Below, piece after piece: positions 28,908 to 39,062 of a stretch of 64,000 bases of DNA. The stretch spans positions 224,001 through 288,000 of the forward strand of contig OZ251459.1 in NCBI GenBank assembly GCA_965242525.1, given 5' to 3'. Both the position numbers and the translations under genes were made by a program. Position 1 is the stretch's first letter. Each line of letters opens with the position of its first letter. Below the pieces are notes generated by a model. The model was not told where the DNA came from. It did no database searches and saw only the letters and a program-made list of their open reading frames with translations. The stretch comes from an uncultured Candidatus Binatia bacterium (GTDB taxonomy: Bacteria; Desulfobacterota; Binatia; UBA9968; JAJDTQ01).

Positions 28908-30254
28908 ATGTTTCAGGATCTGAGAGGTTTCCTCGACGTGCTGGAGCGCGAGGACCAGTTGCTCCGGGTGCGCCGGGAGGTGGACACCCGTTTCGAGATC
29001 GCCGCGGGCATCCGGAAGAGCTCGGATACGGGGGGTCCGGCGCTGTTGTTCGACAACGTCAAGGGCCATCCCGGGTGGCGCGTGCTGGGGGCGCTGTTCG
29101 CCACCCGGCGGCTGGTGGCCCTGGGGCTGGGGGTCACCGAGGACAAGCTGCTGGAGCGCTACCTGACGCTGGAGGACAAACGCATCCCCTCGGAGGTGGC
29201 GGCCACGGGCCCGGTGAAGGAAGTCCGCTGGACCGGCGGCAAAGTGGATCTCGACCGGATCCCCATCGCGGTCCATTCCGAGAAGGACTGCGGGGCCTAC
29301 GTCACCATCGGGGTCCAGATCGGGAAGGACCCGGACACGCGCGTCCCCAACGTCTCCATCCACCGCATGCTGCGCCTGGGCAAGGACCGCCTGTCCCTGT
29401 GGGCGCCGCCGGACCACCACCTGGGGCGCATGATCCTCAAGGCGGAGGACCGGGGGGAGGGTCTGGAGGTGGCCACCGCCATCGGCGTGGACCCCGCCAT
29501 CGTCATCGGGTCCCAGGCGCGGGTGCCCTACGGCGTGGACGAGTTCGCGGTGTCCGGCGGCCTGCGGGGCGCGCCGGTGCAGTTGACCCGGTGCGAGACC
29601 ATCGACGTGGAAGCGCCGGCCCACGCGGAAGTGGTGATCGAGGGCGTGACGATCCCGGGGGAGAGGGTCTCGGACGGTCCCTACGGGGAGTACCCGGGCA
29701 CCTACAGCGAGAGCAAGCAGGCGCCGGTGCTCCGGGTCACCGCGGTCACCATGCGGCAGGACCCCATCTACCAGACCTGCCTCACCGGCATGCCGGTGAC
29801 CGAGAACCACACCCTCATCGAATGCGCCAACGCCGCCCTGGTCTATCGCACGGTGGCGGCCATCACCCCGGAGGTCAAGGACGTGAGTGTCACCGCGGGC
29901 GGCACGTTCCGCCACCACGCGGTGGTGTCCCTGCGCAAGCGGCACGAGGCCGAGGCCCGGAACGTCATCCTGGCGCTGCTCGCCACGGGCGCGGGCTTCA
30001 AGCGCGTGGTGGTGGTGGACGAGGACATCGACGTGCACGACCCAGTGGACGTGGAATGGGCCATGAACACCCGGGTGCAGCCGGATCGGGACGTCGTCAT
30101 CGTCCCCAACCTGGCGTGCTCCACGCTGGACCCTTCGGCGCCGGCGCCCCGCACCACCGCGGGGTGGGGCGTGGACGCCACCATGCCGCTCAAGGACAAC
30201 GAGTATTACCGGAAGGTCCGGGTGCCCGGCGTGGACCGGGTGGACTACCTGTGA
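28908..30254 (+). CDS. UbiD-family prFMN-dependent (de)carboxylase
   Basis: 'DLRGFLDVLE', 'NVSIHRM', 'AEVVIEG', 'DGPYGEYPG', 'VVVVDEDIDV..VEWAMNTR' and 'GVDATMP'. Confidence 0.92.
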   Translation: MFQDLRGFLDVLEREDQLLRVRREVDTRFEIAAGIRKSSDTGGPALLFDNVKGHPGWRVLGALFATRRLVALGLGVTEDKLLERYLTLEDKRIPSEVAATGPVKEVRWTGGKVDLDRIPIAVHSEKDCGAYVTIGVQIGKDPDTRVPNVSIHRMLRLGKDRLSLWAPPDHHLGRMILKAEDRGEGLEVATAIGVDPAIVIGSQARVPYGVDEFAVSGGLRGAPVQLTRCETIDVEAPAHAEVVIEGVTIPGERVSDGPYGEYPGTYSESKQAPVLRVTAVTMRQDPIYQTCLTGMPVTENHTLIECANAALVYRTVAAITPEVKDVSVTAGGTFRHHAVVSLRKRHEAEARNVILALLATGAGFKRVVVVDEDIDVHDPVDVEWAMNTRVQPDRDVVIVPNLACSTLDPSAPAPRTTAGWGVDATMPLKDNEYYRKVRVPGVDRVDYL

Positions 30255-30319
30255 TGCGCGGGCGGTGACCGGCCCGCGCCCGCGGAACGACCCCTGACGG
30301 TCCACGTCTCCCGGCGGCC

Positions 30320-31198
30320 ATGAAGCACTTCGAGTACCTGGAACCCCGCACCGTAGCCGAAGCGTGCGAGCTCCTGAAGCAGTACGGCGGGGCTGCGCGC
30401 GTGTTCGCCGGCGGCAGCTCCCTCACGATCCTGCTCAAGCAGGGGTTCCTGCAGCCGGATGCGTTGATCAACATCAAGAAGATCGACGAGCTACGGCGCA
30501 TCGAGGAGTCCGACGGCGCTCTGGTCATCGGCGCCCTCGTGACCCATCGCGACATCGAGACCTCCGACCTCCTGGCGGCGCGCCTGCCGGTGCTGTGCGA
30601 GCTGGAGCGCGACGTGGCCAACATCCGGGTGCGCAACATGGCCACGGTGGGCGGCAACATCGCTTCCGGCGAGCCCCTGACCGACCTGCCGTGCGTCTTC
30701 CTGGCGCTGGACGCCTCGGTGCGCGTGGCGAACACCTCGGGCGGGCGCACCCTGCCCCTGGAAGAGGTCTTCGTGGATTACTACGAGACCCGGCTGCAGG
30801 AGGACGAGGTGTTGACGCACGTGGTGCTGCCGGGGCTGCCGCCCCGCAGCGCCGTCGAGTACGTCCGGTTCTCCAGCAGCTCGGTGGTGGACAAGCCCTG
30901 CATCGGCGTGGCCGTGCGGCTGTCGGTGGACCCCGACGGAGGGGCTTGCCGCGGCGTCCGCATCGGGCTGGGCTGCGTGGCGCCCACGCCCATGCGCGCG
31001 CGCAAGGCCGAAGCCGCGCTGGAGGGCCGGAGGCTGGACCGCGAGAACCTCCGGGAGGCGGCCCGGAGCGCCGCGGAAGAATGCAGTCCGTTGAGCGACT
31101 TGCGCGGCTCGGAGCGCTACAAGCGCGAGATGGTGGCGGCGCTGGTCCGGCGCATCGCCCCCAAGGCCTACGAAAGGGCCGGAGGGCAGGGGCGCTGA
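30320..31198 (+). CDS. Mo-hydroxylase FAD-binding medium subunit (CoxM/CutM-like)
   Basis: 'FEYLEPRTVAEA', 'AGGSSL', 'VRNMATVGGN' and 'SDLRGSERYKR'. Confidence 0.92.
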   Translation: MKHFEYLEPRTVAEACELLKQYGGAARVFAGGSSLTILLKQGFLQPDALINIKKIDELRRIEESDGALVIGALVTHRDIETSDLLAARLPVLCELERDVANIRVRNMATVGGNIASGEPLTDLPCVFLALDASVRVANTSGGRTLPLEEVFVDYYETRLQEDEVLTHVVLPGLPPRSAVEYVRFSSSSVVDKPCIGVAVRLSVDPDGGACRGVRIGLGCVAPTPMRARKAEAALEGRRLDRENLREAARSAAEECSPLSDLRGSERYKREMVAALVRRIAPKAYERAGGQGR

Positions 31199-31261
31199 GG
31201 GCGCAGGGCCTCGGGCCTTCGGAGGGCCTGGGGGCGGGAACGACGGGGAGGGTCTTGCAGC

Positions 31262-31723
31262 ATGAAGAGAGCCATCCGCATGGAGGTCAACGGCGCGCCC
31301 CGCGAGCTGGAGGTGGAGCCCTGGCGCACGCTGCTCGACGTGGTCCGTGAAGAGCTGGACCTCACCGGCGCCAAGCTGGGCTGCGACATCCAGGTGTGCG
31401 GCGCGTGCACGCTGCTGGTGGACGGCAAGCCGGTGAGCGCCTGCTCGGTGCTGGCGGTGGACGCCGACGGCCGGCGGGTCACCACGGTGGAGGGCCTTGC
31501 CGACGGCGACCGCCTGCACCCGCTGCAGGAGTCGTTCCTGAAGCACGGGGCGCTGCAGTGCGGCTATTGCACTTCGGGGTTCCTGCTCACAGCCAAGGCC
31601 ATGCTGGACGAGAACCCCAGGCCCGACGACCCGCAGATCAGGAGCTACATGGGCGGCAGCTTCTGCCGGTGCGGCTGCTACCAGGAGATCATGGAGGCCA
31701 TTCGGAGCGTGGCCCAGGCCTAG
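31262..31723 (+). CDS. Mo-hydroxylase 2x[2Fe-2S] small subunit (CoxS-like)
   Basis: GCDIQVCGACT, QCGYCTSG and CRCGCY cysteine motifs. Confidence 0.95.
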   Translation: MKRAIRMEVNGAPRELEVEPWRTLLDVVREELDLTGAKLGCDIQVCGACTLLVDGKPVSACSVLAVDADGRRVTTVEGLADGDRLHPLQESFLKHGALQCGYCTSGFLLTAKAMLDENPRPDDPQIRSYMGGSFCRCGCYQEIMEAIRSVAQA

Positions 31724-31800
31724 GAACGGGTCCGAGGGGGCGGGGGCCGGCGGCGCCGGGCTTGGGCCAATCGGGGGGACCTGTTCCGGAGGAGCGTGTC

Positions 31801-34113
31801 ATGGCGATCGTCGAGAGGCCCCGGAGCGCGCGGGACGGCCACCGTCTGGATTACCGGGCCAAGCTCACGGGGCGCGCCGCGTACCTGGCGGATATGAAGA
31901 TGCCGGGGGTGTGCGAGGCCGCGGTCCTGCGCAGCCCCGCGGCCCACGCCTGGATCCGCTACGTGGACGCCTCGGAAGCGCTGAAGGTCCCCGGGGTGGT
32001 GGCCGCATATACCCGCGACGACGTGGTGGGGGGGACCGGCATCGAGCCCTACTACGGGCCGGTGTTCAAGGACCAGACCATCGTGGCGGTGGACAAGGTC
32101 CGCCACGTGGGGGACCCGGTGGCCGCGGTGGCGGCGGAGACCCGTGAGGCCGCGGAAGAGGCGGCGAGCCGGATCGTGGTGGAGTACGAGGACCTGCCCC
32201 CGGTCATGGACGTGCGCGATTCGGTGCAGGAAGACGCCATGCTGGTGCACGAGACCGTGCGCATTCCGGAGCACGGCTTCGCCGACCTTGCGGAGCTCGA
32301 GCCCATCGAAGGCACCAACGTGTGCACGCACTTCAAGCTGCGCAAGGGGGACATCGAGCAGGGTTTCGCCGAGTGCGCCCGCGTCTTCGAGGACACCTTC
32401 GTCCTGCCCACCACCCAGCACGTGGCGCTGGAGCCCCACGGCTGCGTCGCGGCGTTCCAGCCCGACGGGCGCCTCCACCTCTGGTCCACCACCCAGAACC
32501 CGTTCGTGGTGCGCACCCAGCTCTCCAACATATTCAAGCTGCCGGTGTCGAAGATCCGCATCGTCGTGCCGTACCTCGGAGGCGGCTACGGCAGCAAGGT
32601 CTATCCCAAGGTCGAGCCCCTGACGGTAGCCCTCGCCCGCAAGGCCAAGCGTCCCGTGCGCCTCCTGCTGAGCCGGGAGGAAGTGTTCTACACCGTCACC
32701 AAGCACGCCGCGGTGATCCGCATGAAGACCGGGGTCAAGGCCGACGGCGCGTTCCATGCGCGGGAGGCGGAGGTGCTGCTCGACACCGGCGCGTTCGCGG
32801 AGATCGGACCCCGGGTGGCCAAGAAGTCGGCCTACACCGCGGCCGGGCCCTACAAGTTCCGCCACGTGAAGATCGACGCCAAGTCCGTCTATACCAACAA
32901 GCCGCCGGCGGGCGCGTTCCGCGGCTTCGGCGTGTCCCAGTCGGCTTGGGCCAGCGAGTCCCAGACGGACATCATCGCCCGGGCCCTCGACCGGGACCCC
33001 TTCGAGCTGCGCATGCAGAACATCTACGACGAGGGCGACGAGTTCGTCACCGGCGAGAAGCTCTGGAGCATCGGGGTCAAGGAGTGCCTGGAAAAGGTGG
33101 CCGAGGAAATGGCGTGGGGGAAGCCCGCGGCCGCGCCCGGGGACCCCGCCAAGGCGCGCGGCAAGGGGCTCGCGTGCCTCATCAAGGCCACCATCACGCC
33201 GTCCATCTCCTGCGCCGCGGTCAAGCTCAACGAGGACGGGAGCGTGAACGTGTTCACGAGCACGGTGGAGATGGGCCAGGGCTCGGACACGGCCATGGCC
33301 GCCATCGTCGCCGACACCCTGGGCATCGGCCTGGACCAGGTGTCGGTGCTGGGCGTGGACACGGACGTGGCGCCCTACGACCTCACCACTTCGTCGAGCC
33401 GTTCCACGTTCCACATGGGCAAGGCGTTGCAGCTCGCCTCCCTGGACCTGTGCGAGCAGCTCCGCAGGTTCGTGGCCGAGGAGTACGGCGTGCCGCTGGA
33501 GGAGACGCGCGCCGAGGGCGGCAAGGTGCTGTTCCGGGAGAACGCCCTGGACTTCCGGGAGGTCCTGTTCAGCCATTTCGGCATGCAGGGGGGCACGCTG
33601 GTGGGCCGCGGCGAGGTGAAGACGAGCCTGCGGGACCCGGAGACGGGGGACAAGACCACGTCCTCGTTCTGGTTCGTGGGCGCCGGCGGCAGCGAGGTGG
33701 AGGTCGAGCGGGACACCGGCCGGCTGCGGGTCCTGAAGCACGCCACCGCGGTGGACGTGGGCCGGGTGATCACGCCCCTGGGCTGCCGGCAGCAGCTCGT
33801 GGGCGGCGCGGTCACGGGGCTCGGCCAGGCGCTGTTCGAGCAGATGGTGTTCGACGACGGCGTGCTGGTGAACCCCAACCTGGTGGACTACGTGTTGCCG
33901 GCCCTGGGGGACATGCCCGACGTGGTCACCCCCATCGCGGTGGAGGCGCCGCACAAGAACGGGCCGTTCGGCGCCAAGGGAATCGGCGAGACCTCGCTCA
34001 TTCCGGTGGCGCCGTCCATCGCCAACGCGGTGGACGCCGCGGTGGGCGTGCGGGTCAAGGACTTGCCCGTGACCCCGGAGAAGATCTTCCTGGGGATGCT
34101 CGACAAGTCGTAG
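31801..34113 (+). CDS. Xanthine dehydrogenase-family molybdopterin-binding large subunit
   Basis: LEPH, LGGGYGSK, active-site loop GAFRGFG, EMGQG and GAKGIGE. ATG at 31801 follows GGAGG. Confidence 0.92.
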   Translation: MAIVERPRSARDGHRLDYRAKLTGRAAYLADMKMPGVCEAAVLRSPAAHAWIRYVDASEALKVPGVVAAYTRDDVVGGTGIEPYYGPVFKDQTIVAVDKVRHVGDPVAAVAAETREAAEEAASRIVVEYEDLPPVMDVRDSVQEDAMLVHETVRIPEHGFADLAELEPIEGTNVCTHFKLRKGDIEQGFAECARVFEDTFVLPTTQHVALEPHGCVAAFQPDGRLHLWSTTQNPFVVRTQLSNIFKLPVSKIRIVVPYLGGGYGSKVYPKVEPLTVALARKAKRPVRLLLSREEVFYTVTKHAAVIRMKTGVKADGAFHAREAEVLLDTGAFAEIGPRVAKKSAYTAAGPYKFRHVKIDAKSVYTNKPPAGAFRGFGVSQSAWASESQTDIIARALDRDPFELRMQNIYDEGDEFVTGEKLWSIGVKECLEKVAEEMAWGKPAAAPGDPAKARGKGLACLIKATITPSISCAAVKLNEDGSVNVFTSTVEMGQGSDTAMAAIVADTLGIGLDQVSVLGVDTDVAPYDLTTSSSRSTFHMGKALQLASLDLCEQLRRFVAEEYGVPLEETRAEGGKVLFRENALDFREVLFSHFGMQGGTLVGRGEVKTSLRDPETGDKTTSSFWFVGAGGSEVEVERDTGRLRVLKHATAVDVGRVITPLGCRQQLVGGAVTGLGQALFEQMVFDDGVLVNPNLVDYVLPALGDMPDVVTPIAVEAPHKNGPFGAKGIGETSLIPVAPSIANAVDAAVGVRVKDLPVTPEKIFLGMLDKS

Positions 34114-34220
34114 CAAGGATGCGCAGCAAGGATGTTTCGATGCCGTCTTCCGGGCCTGCCGGGAGCCGGCCTGGGCAGCGGACCTGCTGACGACTCTCAG
34201 CGGGGCAAGGAGGGAGAACC

Positions 34221-34991
34221 ATGAAGCTCGAAGGCCGTGTGGCGATCATCACCGGAGCGGGACGGAACATCGGCGAGGAGGCGGCCAGGCTCTTCGCATC
34301 GGAAGGCGCCAAGGTCTGCGTCGTGGACATGGATCCGGGACGCGGCGAGAAGGTCGTGAACGACCTGAAGGGCGGGGGGCGCGAGGCCATCTACGCCAAG
34401 TGCGACGTCTCCAACGCACAGGAGGTGCAGGCCATGGTCCGGGCCACGGTGGAGGCCTTCGGCGGCATCGACATCCTGGTCAACAACGCCGCCATCACGG
34501 ACCACGAGACCATATTCAGCATCTCGGAGGAGGAGTGGGACAAGGTCATCGACGTGACCCTCAAGGGACCGTTCCTGGTGGGCCGCTACGTGGCCGAGCA
34601 GATGGTCGAGCAGGGCCGGGGCGGGGTCATCGTCAACGTGGCCTCCACCTCGGGCCTCTCCGGCCGCACCGACGCCATCGCCTACATGGCGGCCAAGGGC
34701 GGGGTGGTGAACCTGTCCCGGGGCATGGCGGTGCAGCTCTCCCGGTACAACATCCGGGTCAACTGCCTGACCCCCAACCGCTCGGGCTCCCCCGTGGGAC
34801 AGGACGAAGGCGCCGAGGGGCGCGAGTTCAAGAACCTGGCGGGGCGGCTGGGGACCGCGCAGGACCAGGCCCGGGCCATGCTGTTCCTGGCCAGCGACGA
34901 TTCGGGCTTCGTGTGGGGCGCCAACCTCATCTGCGACGGGGGCGTCACCGCGGCTTCGAACTTTCCCAAGGACCGGATGCCGGCCAACTGA
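34221..34991 (+). CDS. SDR-family oxidoreductase (FabG-like)
   Basis: TGAGRNIG, NNAA and YMAAK motifs. Confidence 0.92.
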   Translation: MKLEGRVAIITGAGRNIGEEAARLFASEGAKVCVVDMDPGRGEKVVNDLKGGGREAIYAKCDVSNAQEVQAMVRATVEAFGGIDILVNNAAITDHETIFSISEEEWDKVIDVTLKGPFLVGRYVAEQMVEQGRGGVIVNVASTSGLSGRTDAIAYMAAKGGVVNLSRGMAVQLSRYNIRVNCLTPNRSGSPVGQDEGAEGREFKNLAGRLGTAQDQARAMLFLASDDSGFVWGANLICDGGVTAASNFPKDRMPAN

Positions 34992-35101
34992 ACGGATCAC
35001 CCGGTCGGGTCCCGGCGCTCGGCGGGCCGCGAGCGGCGGTCGGCGCAGGGGCGGGCTTCGAACCCGCCCGCGCGGGCGCGGGTCCTTGGCGGCGAATGCC
35101 C

Positions 35102-35131
35102 TTGACATCCGTTCGCGGGTTCGATTAGTGT
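35102..35131 (+). promoter_or_regulatory. Putative sigma70 promoter for the TRAP operon
   Basis: TTGACA (35102-35107), 18-bp spacer, TAGTGT (35126-35131). Confidence 0.5.
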
Positions 35132-35247
35132 CCGGTCTTCATACGTCTTCCACCTCCGGGTCGGCGCGGGCGCCGGACCGGGACCATGTTGGGGCCGTGG
35201 CGCGCGGCGTCAGGGCAAAGGCAACTCACAATGAGAAAGGGGAGAGC

Positions 35248-36279
35248 ATGAAGGCATTATCGAGGACGTTGGCGGTCTTCCTGACGACGGGCTTGCTGTG
35301 GGCCGCGGGAGCGGCGGTCCCGAACGACGCGCAAGCGAAGATCATCCTCAAGGTGGCGACCCAGTCCGCGCGCCCCGGAACGCCGCGGGCGGACTATATC
35401 GTGCACTTCAAGGAGGGGGTGGCCAAGAGGACCAACGGCGAGATCGAGGTCCAGATCTTCTGGGCCAACTCGCTGGTGCACGCCAAGGAGGCCCTGGAGG
35501 CCGTGCAGTTGGGTACGTCCGACATGGCCGACCTGGCCCTCGGGTATTTCTCCGACAAGATCAAGCTGCTCCAGGTGGCGGGGCTGCCCTTCTCCGTGAG
35601 CGATCCGGTGGAGGCGCGGAACGGCGGACTGCGGGTGCTCAGGGAGGTCCCGGAGGCGCTGGCGGAGATCACCAAGTTCGGCCACGTGGTGGTGGGCATG
35701 ACCTCCACCGCGGACTACCAGCTCGTGGCCCACGACCCCATCCGGAACTTGGCGGACCTCCAGGGCAAGAAGGTGGGCACCTTCGGCCGCATCGCGCCCA
35801 AGGCCATCCAGGCGTCGGGAGCGATCCCGGTGAGCACCACCGGCGGCGAGATGTACGAGGCGCTCCAGCGCAAGACCATCGACGCGCGCATCCTCTCCTT
35901 CGAGGCCGCCCAGCGGTTCAAGACCTACGAAGTGGCCAAGTACATGAGCACCATCCGGTTGGGGGCCATCGCGGGCATCAACACGTTCACCATCAACAAG
36001 AGGAAGTGGGACTCCCTGTCCAAGGAGCACCAGAATATCCTCCTGGAGGAAGGCGAGCGGGTGGGCAAGTGGGAAGCCCAGGCCATGAAGGACGACGACC
36101 TCAAGTTCCAGGAGTACCTGAAGGGCAAGGGCGTGGAGATCGTCGAGTTCTCGGACTCCGACCGGGAGAAGTGGAAGAACACCCCGGGCGTCAAGAAGAT
36201 CGCCTCGGATTGGGTGGCGAGCGTGGAGAAGGCGGGTCTGCCCGGCAAGAAGGCCCTTTCGGTCTTCCTGGACCGGTAG
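35248..36279 (+). CDS. dctP: TRAP transporter substrate-binding protein
   Basis: Signal peptide, 'KRTNGEIEVQIF..NSL..EALEAVQLG', 'EMYEALQRKTID' and 'INKRKWDSLSKEHQNIL'. Confidence 0.9.
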   Translation: MKALSRTLAVFLTTGLLWAAGAAVPNDAQAKIILKVATQSARPGTPRADYIVHFKEGVAKRTNGEIEVQIFWANSLVHAKEALEAVQLGTSDMADLALGYFSDKIKLLQVAGLPFSVSDPVEARNGGLRVLREVPEALAEITKFGHVVVGMTSTADYQLVAHDPIRNLADLQGKKVGTFGRIAPKAIQASGAIPVSTTGGEMYEALQRKTIDARILSFEAAQRFKTYEVAKYMSTIRLGAIAGINTFTINKRKWDSLSKEHQNILLEEGERVGKWEAQAMKDDDLKFQEYLKGKGVEIVEFSDSDREKWKNTPGVKKIASDWVASVEKAGLPGKKALSVFLDR

Positions 36280-36379
36280 CTTGGCCGATGAGCGGGGCAG
36301 GACCCTTCCGGGCAAGCGCGCAAGGGACGGGGGCGGCCGGCCGCCCCTGCCTCTTGCGAACCGCGCGGGATAGTCCGTC

Positions 36380-36928
36380 TTGAACCAGTCCAACCACAGC
36401 CTCGAATCCGGGGTGCGCACGGAAGCGGCTCCGCCGCCGGTGGACCGCTCCCCGGTCACCTGGGTGCTGACTCGTCTGAACGAAGTGAGCGGCTACGTCC
36501 TCTTCTTCATGATGCTGCTCATCACCACCGACGTGGCCGGGCGCTACCTGTTCTCGAGCCCCATCCCCGGGACCCTCGAGTTCACCGAGTTCCTCATCGT
36601 CTTCGTGGTCTTCTTCAGCATGGCCTACGTCCAGCTCACCAAGCGGCACATTTGCGTGGAGTTGTTGACGCAGCGGCTGCCGCGAAGGGCGGCGGACGGA
36701 CTGGCGGTGGTGGTCCTCCTGATCGCCGCGTTGTTCTTCGCGCTCATGTGCTGGCAGGCGTGGTTCTCGGGGCTTTCCGCCCTGGAGTACCGCGAGGCGT
36801 CCGACGGCCTGGTGCAGATACCGGTCTATCCCCCGAAGCTGGCCATTCCCTTCGGCGCCGCGCTCATCGCCCTCCAGATGGTGAGGGACGCCTGGAAGCG
36901 CTTTCGGAGTCTCCTGACCCCCGGGTAG
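36380..36928 (+). CDS. dctQ: TRAP transporter small permease
   Basis: Four TM segments, 'DVAGRYLFSSPIPGTLE' and 'HICVELL'. Confidence 0.88.
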   Translation: MNQSNHSLESGVRTEAAPPPVDRSPVTWVLTRLNEVSGYVLFFMMLLITTDVAGRYLFSSPIPGTLEFTEFLIVFVVFFSMAYVQLTKRHICVELLTQRLPRRAADGLAVVVLLIAALFFALMCWQAWFSGLSALEYREASDGLVQIPVYPPKLAIPFGAALIALQMVRDAWKRFRSLLTPG

Positions 36929-36934
36929 GCGTAC

Positions 36935-38245
36935 ATGGATCCGACTTTCCTTGCGCTCCTCAGCGTCGCGTTCCTGATCGTCCTGCTCCTGTGCGGGCTC
37001 CACGTGGCCGTGTCCCTGGGCCTGGTGGGGGTCGTGGGCTTCGCCATGCTCACCGACTGGGGCGCGGGCCTGGGCCTGCTGCGGACCACGCCCTACAAGG
37101 TGGTGGCCAACTTCACGTTCTTCGCCATCCCGGTCTTCATACTGATGGGCCAGTTCGCCAACTACGGGGGTCTCAGCGCGGACATCTACTCGGTGGTGCA
37201 CAAGTGGCTGGGGCGGGTCAGGGGCGGGCTTGCCATGGCCACCACCGCGAGCTGCGCCAGCTTTGCCGCGGCCTGCGGCTCCAGCGTGGCCACCGCGGCC
37301 ACGTTCACCCAGGTGGCGTTGCCGGAAATGGTGAAGTACGGCTACGACAAGCGGCTCGCCACCGGCGCCATCGCCGCTTCCGGGACCCTGGGCGCGCTGA
37401 TCCCTCCCAGCGGCCTCATGATCATCTACGGCATCATCACCGAGCAATCCATCGGCAAGCTGCTGATCGCCGGCTTCATCCCCGGGATACTCTCGGCGTT
37501 CATCTACATGGGCATGATCTCCTGCTGGGTCAGGCTCCGGCCCGAGATGGCGCCGATCATCGAGGAAAGGCCGCCGTGGAGGGAGAAGTTCCTCTCCCTC
37601 TACCGGGTATGGGGCATCGCCACCCTCTCGGTCATCGTCATGGGCGCCATCTACCTGGGGGTCGCCACGCCCACGGAGGCCGGGGCCTTCGGTGCCTTCG
37701 GCGCGTTCGTCATCATGATCCTCAAGGGGAACTTCTCGGGCCGGAAGCTGCGGGACACGGTGCTGGACACCGCCACCTCCACCACCATGCTCTTCACCAT
37801 CATCATCGGCGCCTACATCTTCAGCCGGTTCCTGGCCGTCACCAACGTGGGGCCCCAGTTGGCGGACTACCTGGTCGGCTCGGGCATGCCCCGGCACCTG
37901 ATCCTGGCCGGGTTCCTGCTGCTCTACGTGTTCCTGGGCATGTTCATGGACCCGGCCGCCATGATGGCCATCACCCTGCCCATCGTCTTCCCCATCGTCG
38001 TGGAGATGGGTTTCAGCGGCATCTGGTTCGGCGTGCTGGTGATCAAGACCTCGGAGATCGGCCTCATCACCCCGCCGGTGGGAATGAACGTCTATACGGT
38101 GAACGCCGCGGCCCACGGCATGGTGCGCCTGGAGGAGATCTTCAAGGGCATCCTGCCGTTCTTCCTCATGGACGTCCTCACCCTGGTCCTCCTGGTGGCC
38201 TTCCCCCAGATCTCCCTCTGGTTGCCGGACCGCATGTTGGGGTAG
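36935..38245 (+). CDS. dctM: TRAP transporter large permease
   Basis: 'AIPVFILMG', 'GSSVAT', 'GTLGALIPPS' and 'GLITPPVGMN'. Confidence 0.93.
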   Translation: MDPTFLALLSVAFLIVLLLCGLHVAVSLGLVGVVGFAMLTDWGAGLGLLRTTPYKVVANFTFFAIPVFILMGQFANYGGLSADIYSVVHKWLGRVRGGLAMATTASCASFAAACGSSVATAATFTQVALPEMVKYGYDKRLATGAIAASGTLGALIPPSGLMIIYGIITEQSIGKLLIAGFIPGILSAFIYMGMISCWVRLRPEMAPIIEERPPWREKFLSLYRVWGIATLSVIVMGAIYLGVATPTEAGAFGAFGAFVIMILKGNFSGRKLRDTVLDTATSTTMLFTIIIGAYIFSRFLAVTNVGPQLADYLVGSGMPRHLILAGFLLLYVFLGMFMDPAAMMAITLPIVFPIVVEMGFSGIWFGVLVIKTSEIGLITPPVGMNVYTVNAAAHGMVRLEEIFKGILPFFLMDVLTLVLLVAFPQISLWLPDRMLG

Positions 38246-38305
38246 GAGGCCGGTCGGAACAGGCGGACACGGGGACCAGGCTCCGGACCGTCGCGGCGCC
38301 CCTGT

Positions 38306-38341
38306 CCCCGTTCGTCCCGAGCGTAGCGAAGTCGAAGGACG
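38306..38341 (-). repeat. Core fragment of the MITE-like repeat
   Basis: Reverse complement is cgtccttcgacttcgctacgctcgggacgaacgggg. It lies between the convergent dctM and Uma2 genes. Confidence 0.75.
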
Positions 38342-38348
38342 AGCTCTT

Positions 38349-39062
38349 TCATGGGCGCGCTGCGAACGCGGCGTGTTCCGGGGTTCCGAGGCCGGCTTGC
38401 AGGGTCGCCAGCACGCCGGCGACGTCGCCGGCCAGCAGGGGCTCCACCGCCAGGCGGAGGCCGGGGAAGTGGGGGCTGTGGAGCACGCCGTGGGCGTCCG
38501 GGGCCAGGGGCCGGTACTCGTCGTCGGTGAGCACGAACCAGTCCACCGCCCGGTCGTGGACCCGCCAGACCACGTATTCGAGCACCCCGTTGCGCCGATA
38601 GACCCGGAGCTTGTCGTGCAGGTCGTAGGCGGCGCTGCTGGCCGCCACCTCGACGACCAGCTCCGGCGGCCCCTCCACGTAGTCGTCTTCGCTCAGGCGC
38701 GACTGGCCGCCCGCTTCGGACTCCATGCGCAACAGGACGTCGGGCTGGGGCTCGTTGTCCCGGTCCAGCCGCACGGTGGCGTCGGCGAGCATCGAAACGC
38801 CCGGCGTGGAGGCGTCGTAGATTCCGAGCCAAGTCGTCATGACCCCGACCGGTCCGGCGTGTCCCCTGGCGCGCACGGGTGACGGCATATAAACCATTCC
38901 CTCGATCAACTCGGCCTTGCGGATGTCCGGCCTGGCCGTGTAGCGCCGTTCGAACTCGCACCGGGTGAGCCGGTCGCCGTTCTCCAACAGCGCGAAGCCA
39001 TCGAGCGACGGCGCGGCCGCCTCGGGGTCGGACGGTCCGGTTGTTGCCTGACGCGCGGTCAT
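38349..39062 (-). CDS. Uma2/DUF820-family putative endonuclease
   Basis: 'LENGDRLTRCEFERRY', 'KAELIEGMVYMPSP', 'EPQPDV' and 'VVEVAASS..DLHDKLRVYRRNGVLEY'. Confidence 0.92.
   Translation of the reverse strand: MTARQATTGPSDPEAAAPSLDGFALLENGDRLTRCEFERRYTARPDIRKAELIEGMVYMPSPVRARGHAGPVGVMTTWLGIYDASTPGVSMLADATVRLDRDNEPQPDVLLRMESEAGGQSRLSEDDYVEGPPELVVEVAASSAAYDLHDKLRVYRRNGVLEYVVWRVHDRAVDWFVLTDDEYRPLAPDAHGVLHSPHFPGLRLAVEPLLAGDVAGVLATLQAGLGTPEHAAFAARP

Noticed and set aside
30320-34113. Aerobic CO dehydrogenase (coxMSL)
   Set aside because: The large subunit has AFRGFG, not the form I AYxCSFR loop, and no cox accessory genes are present.
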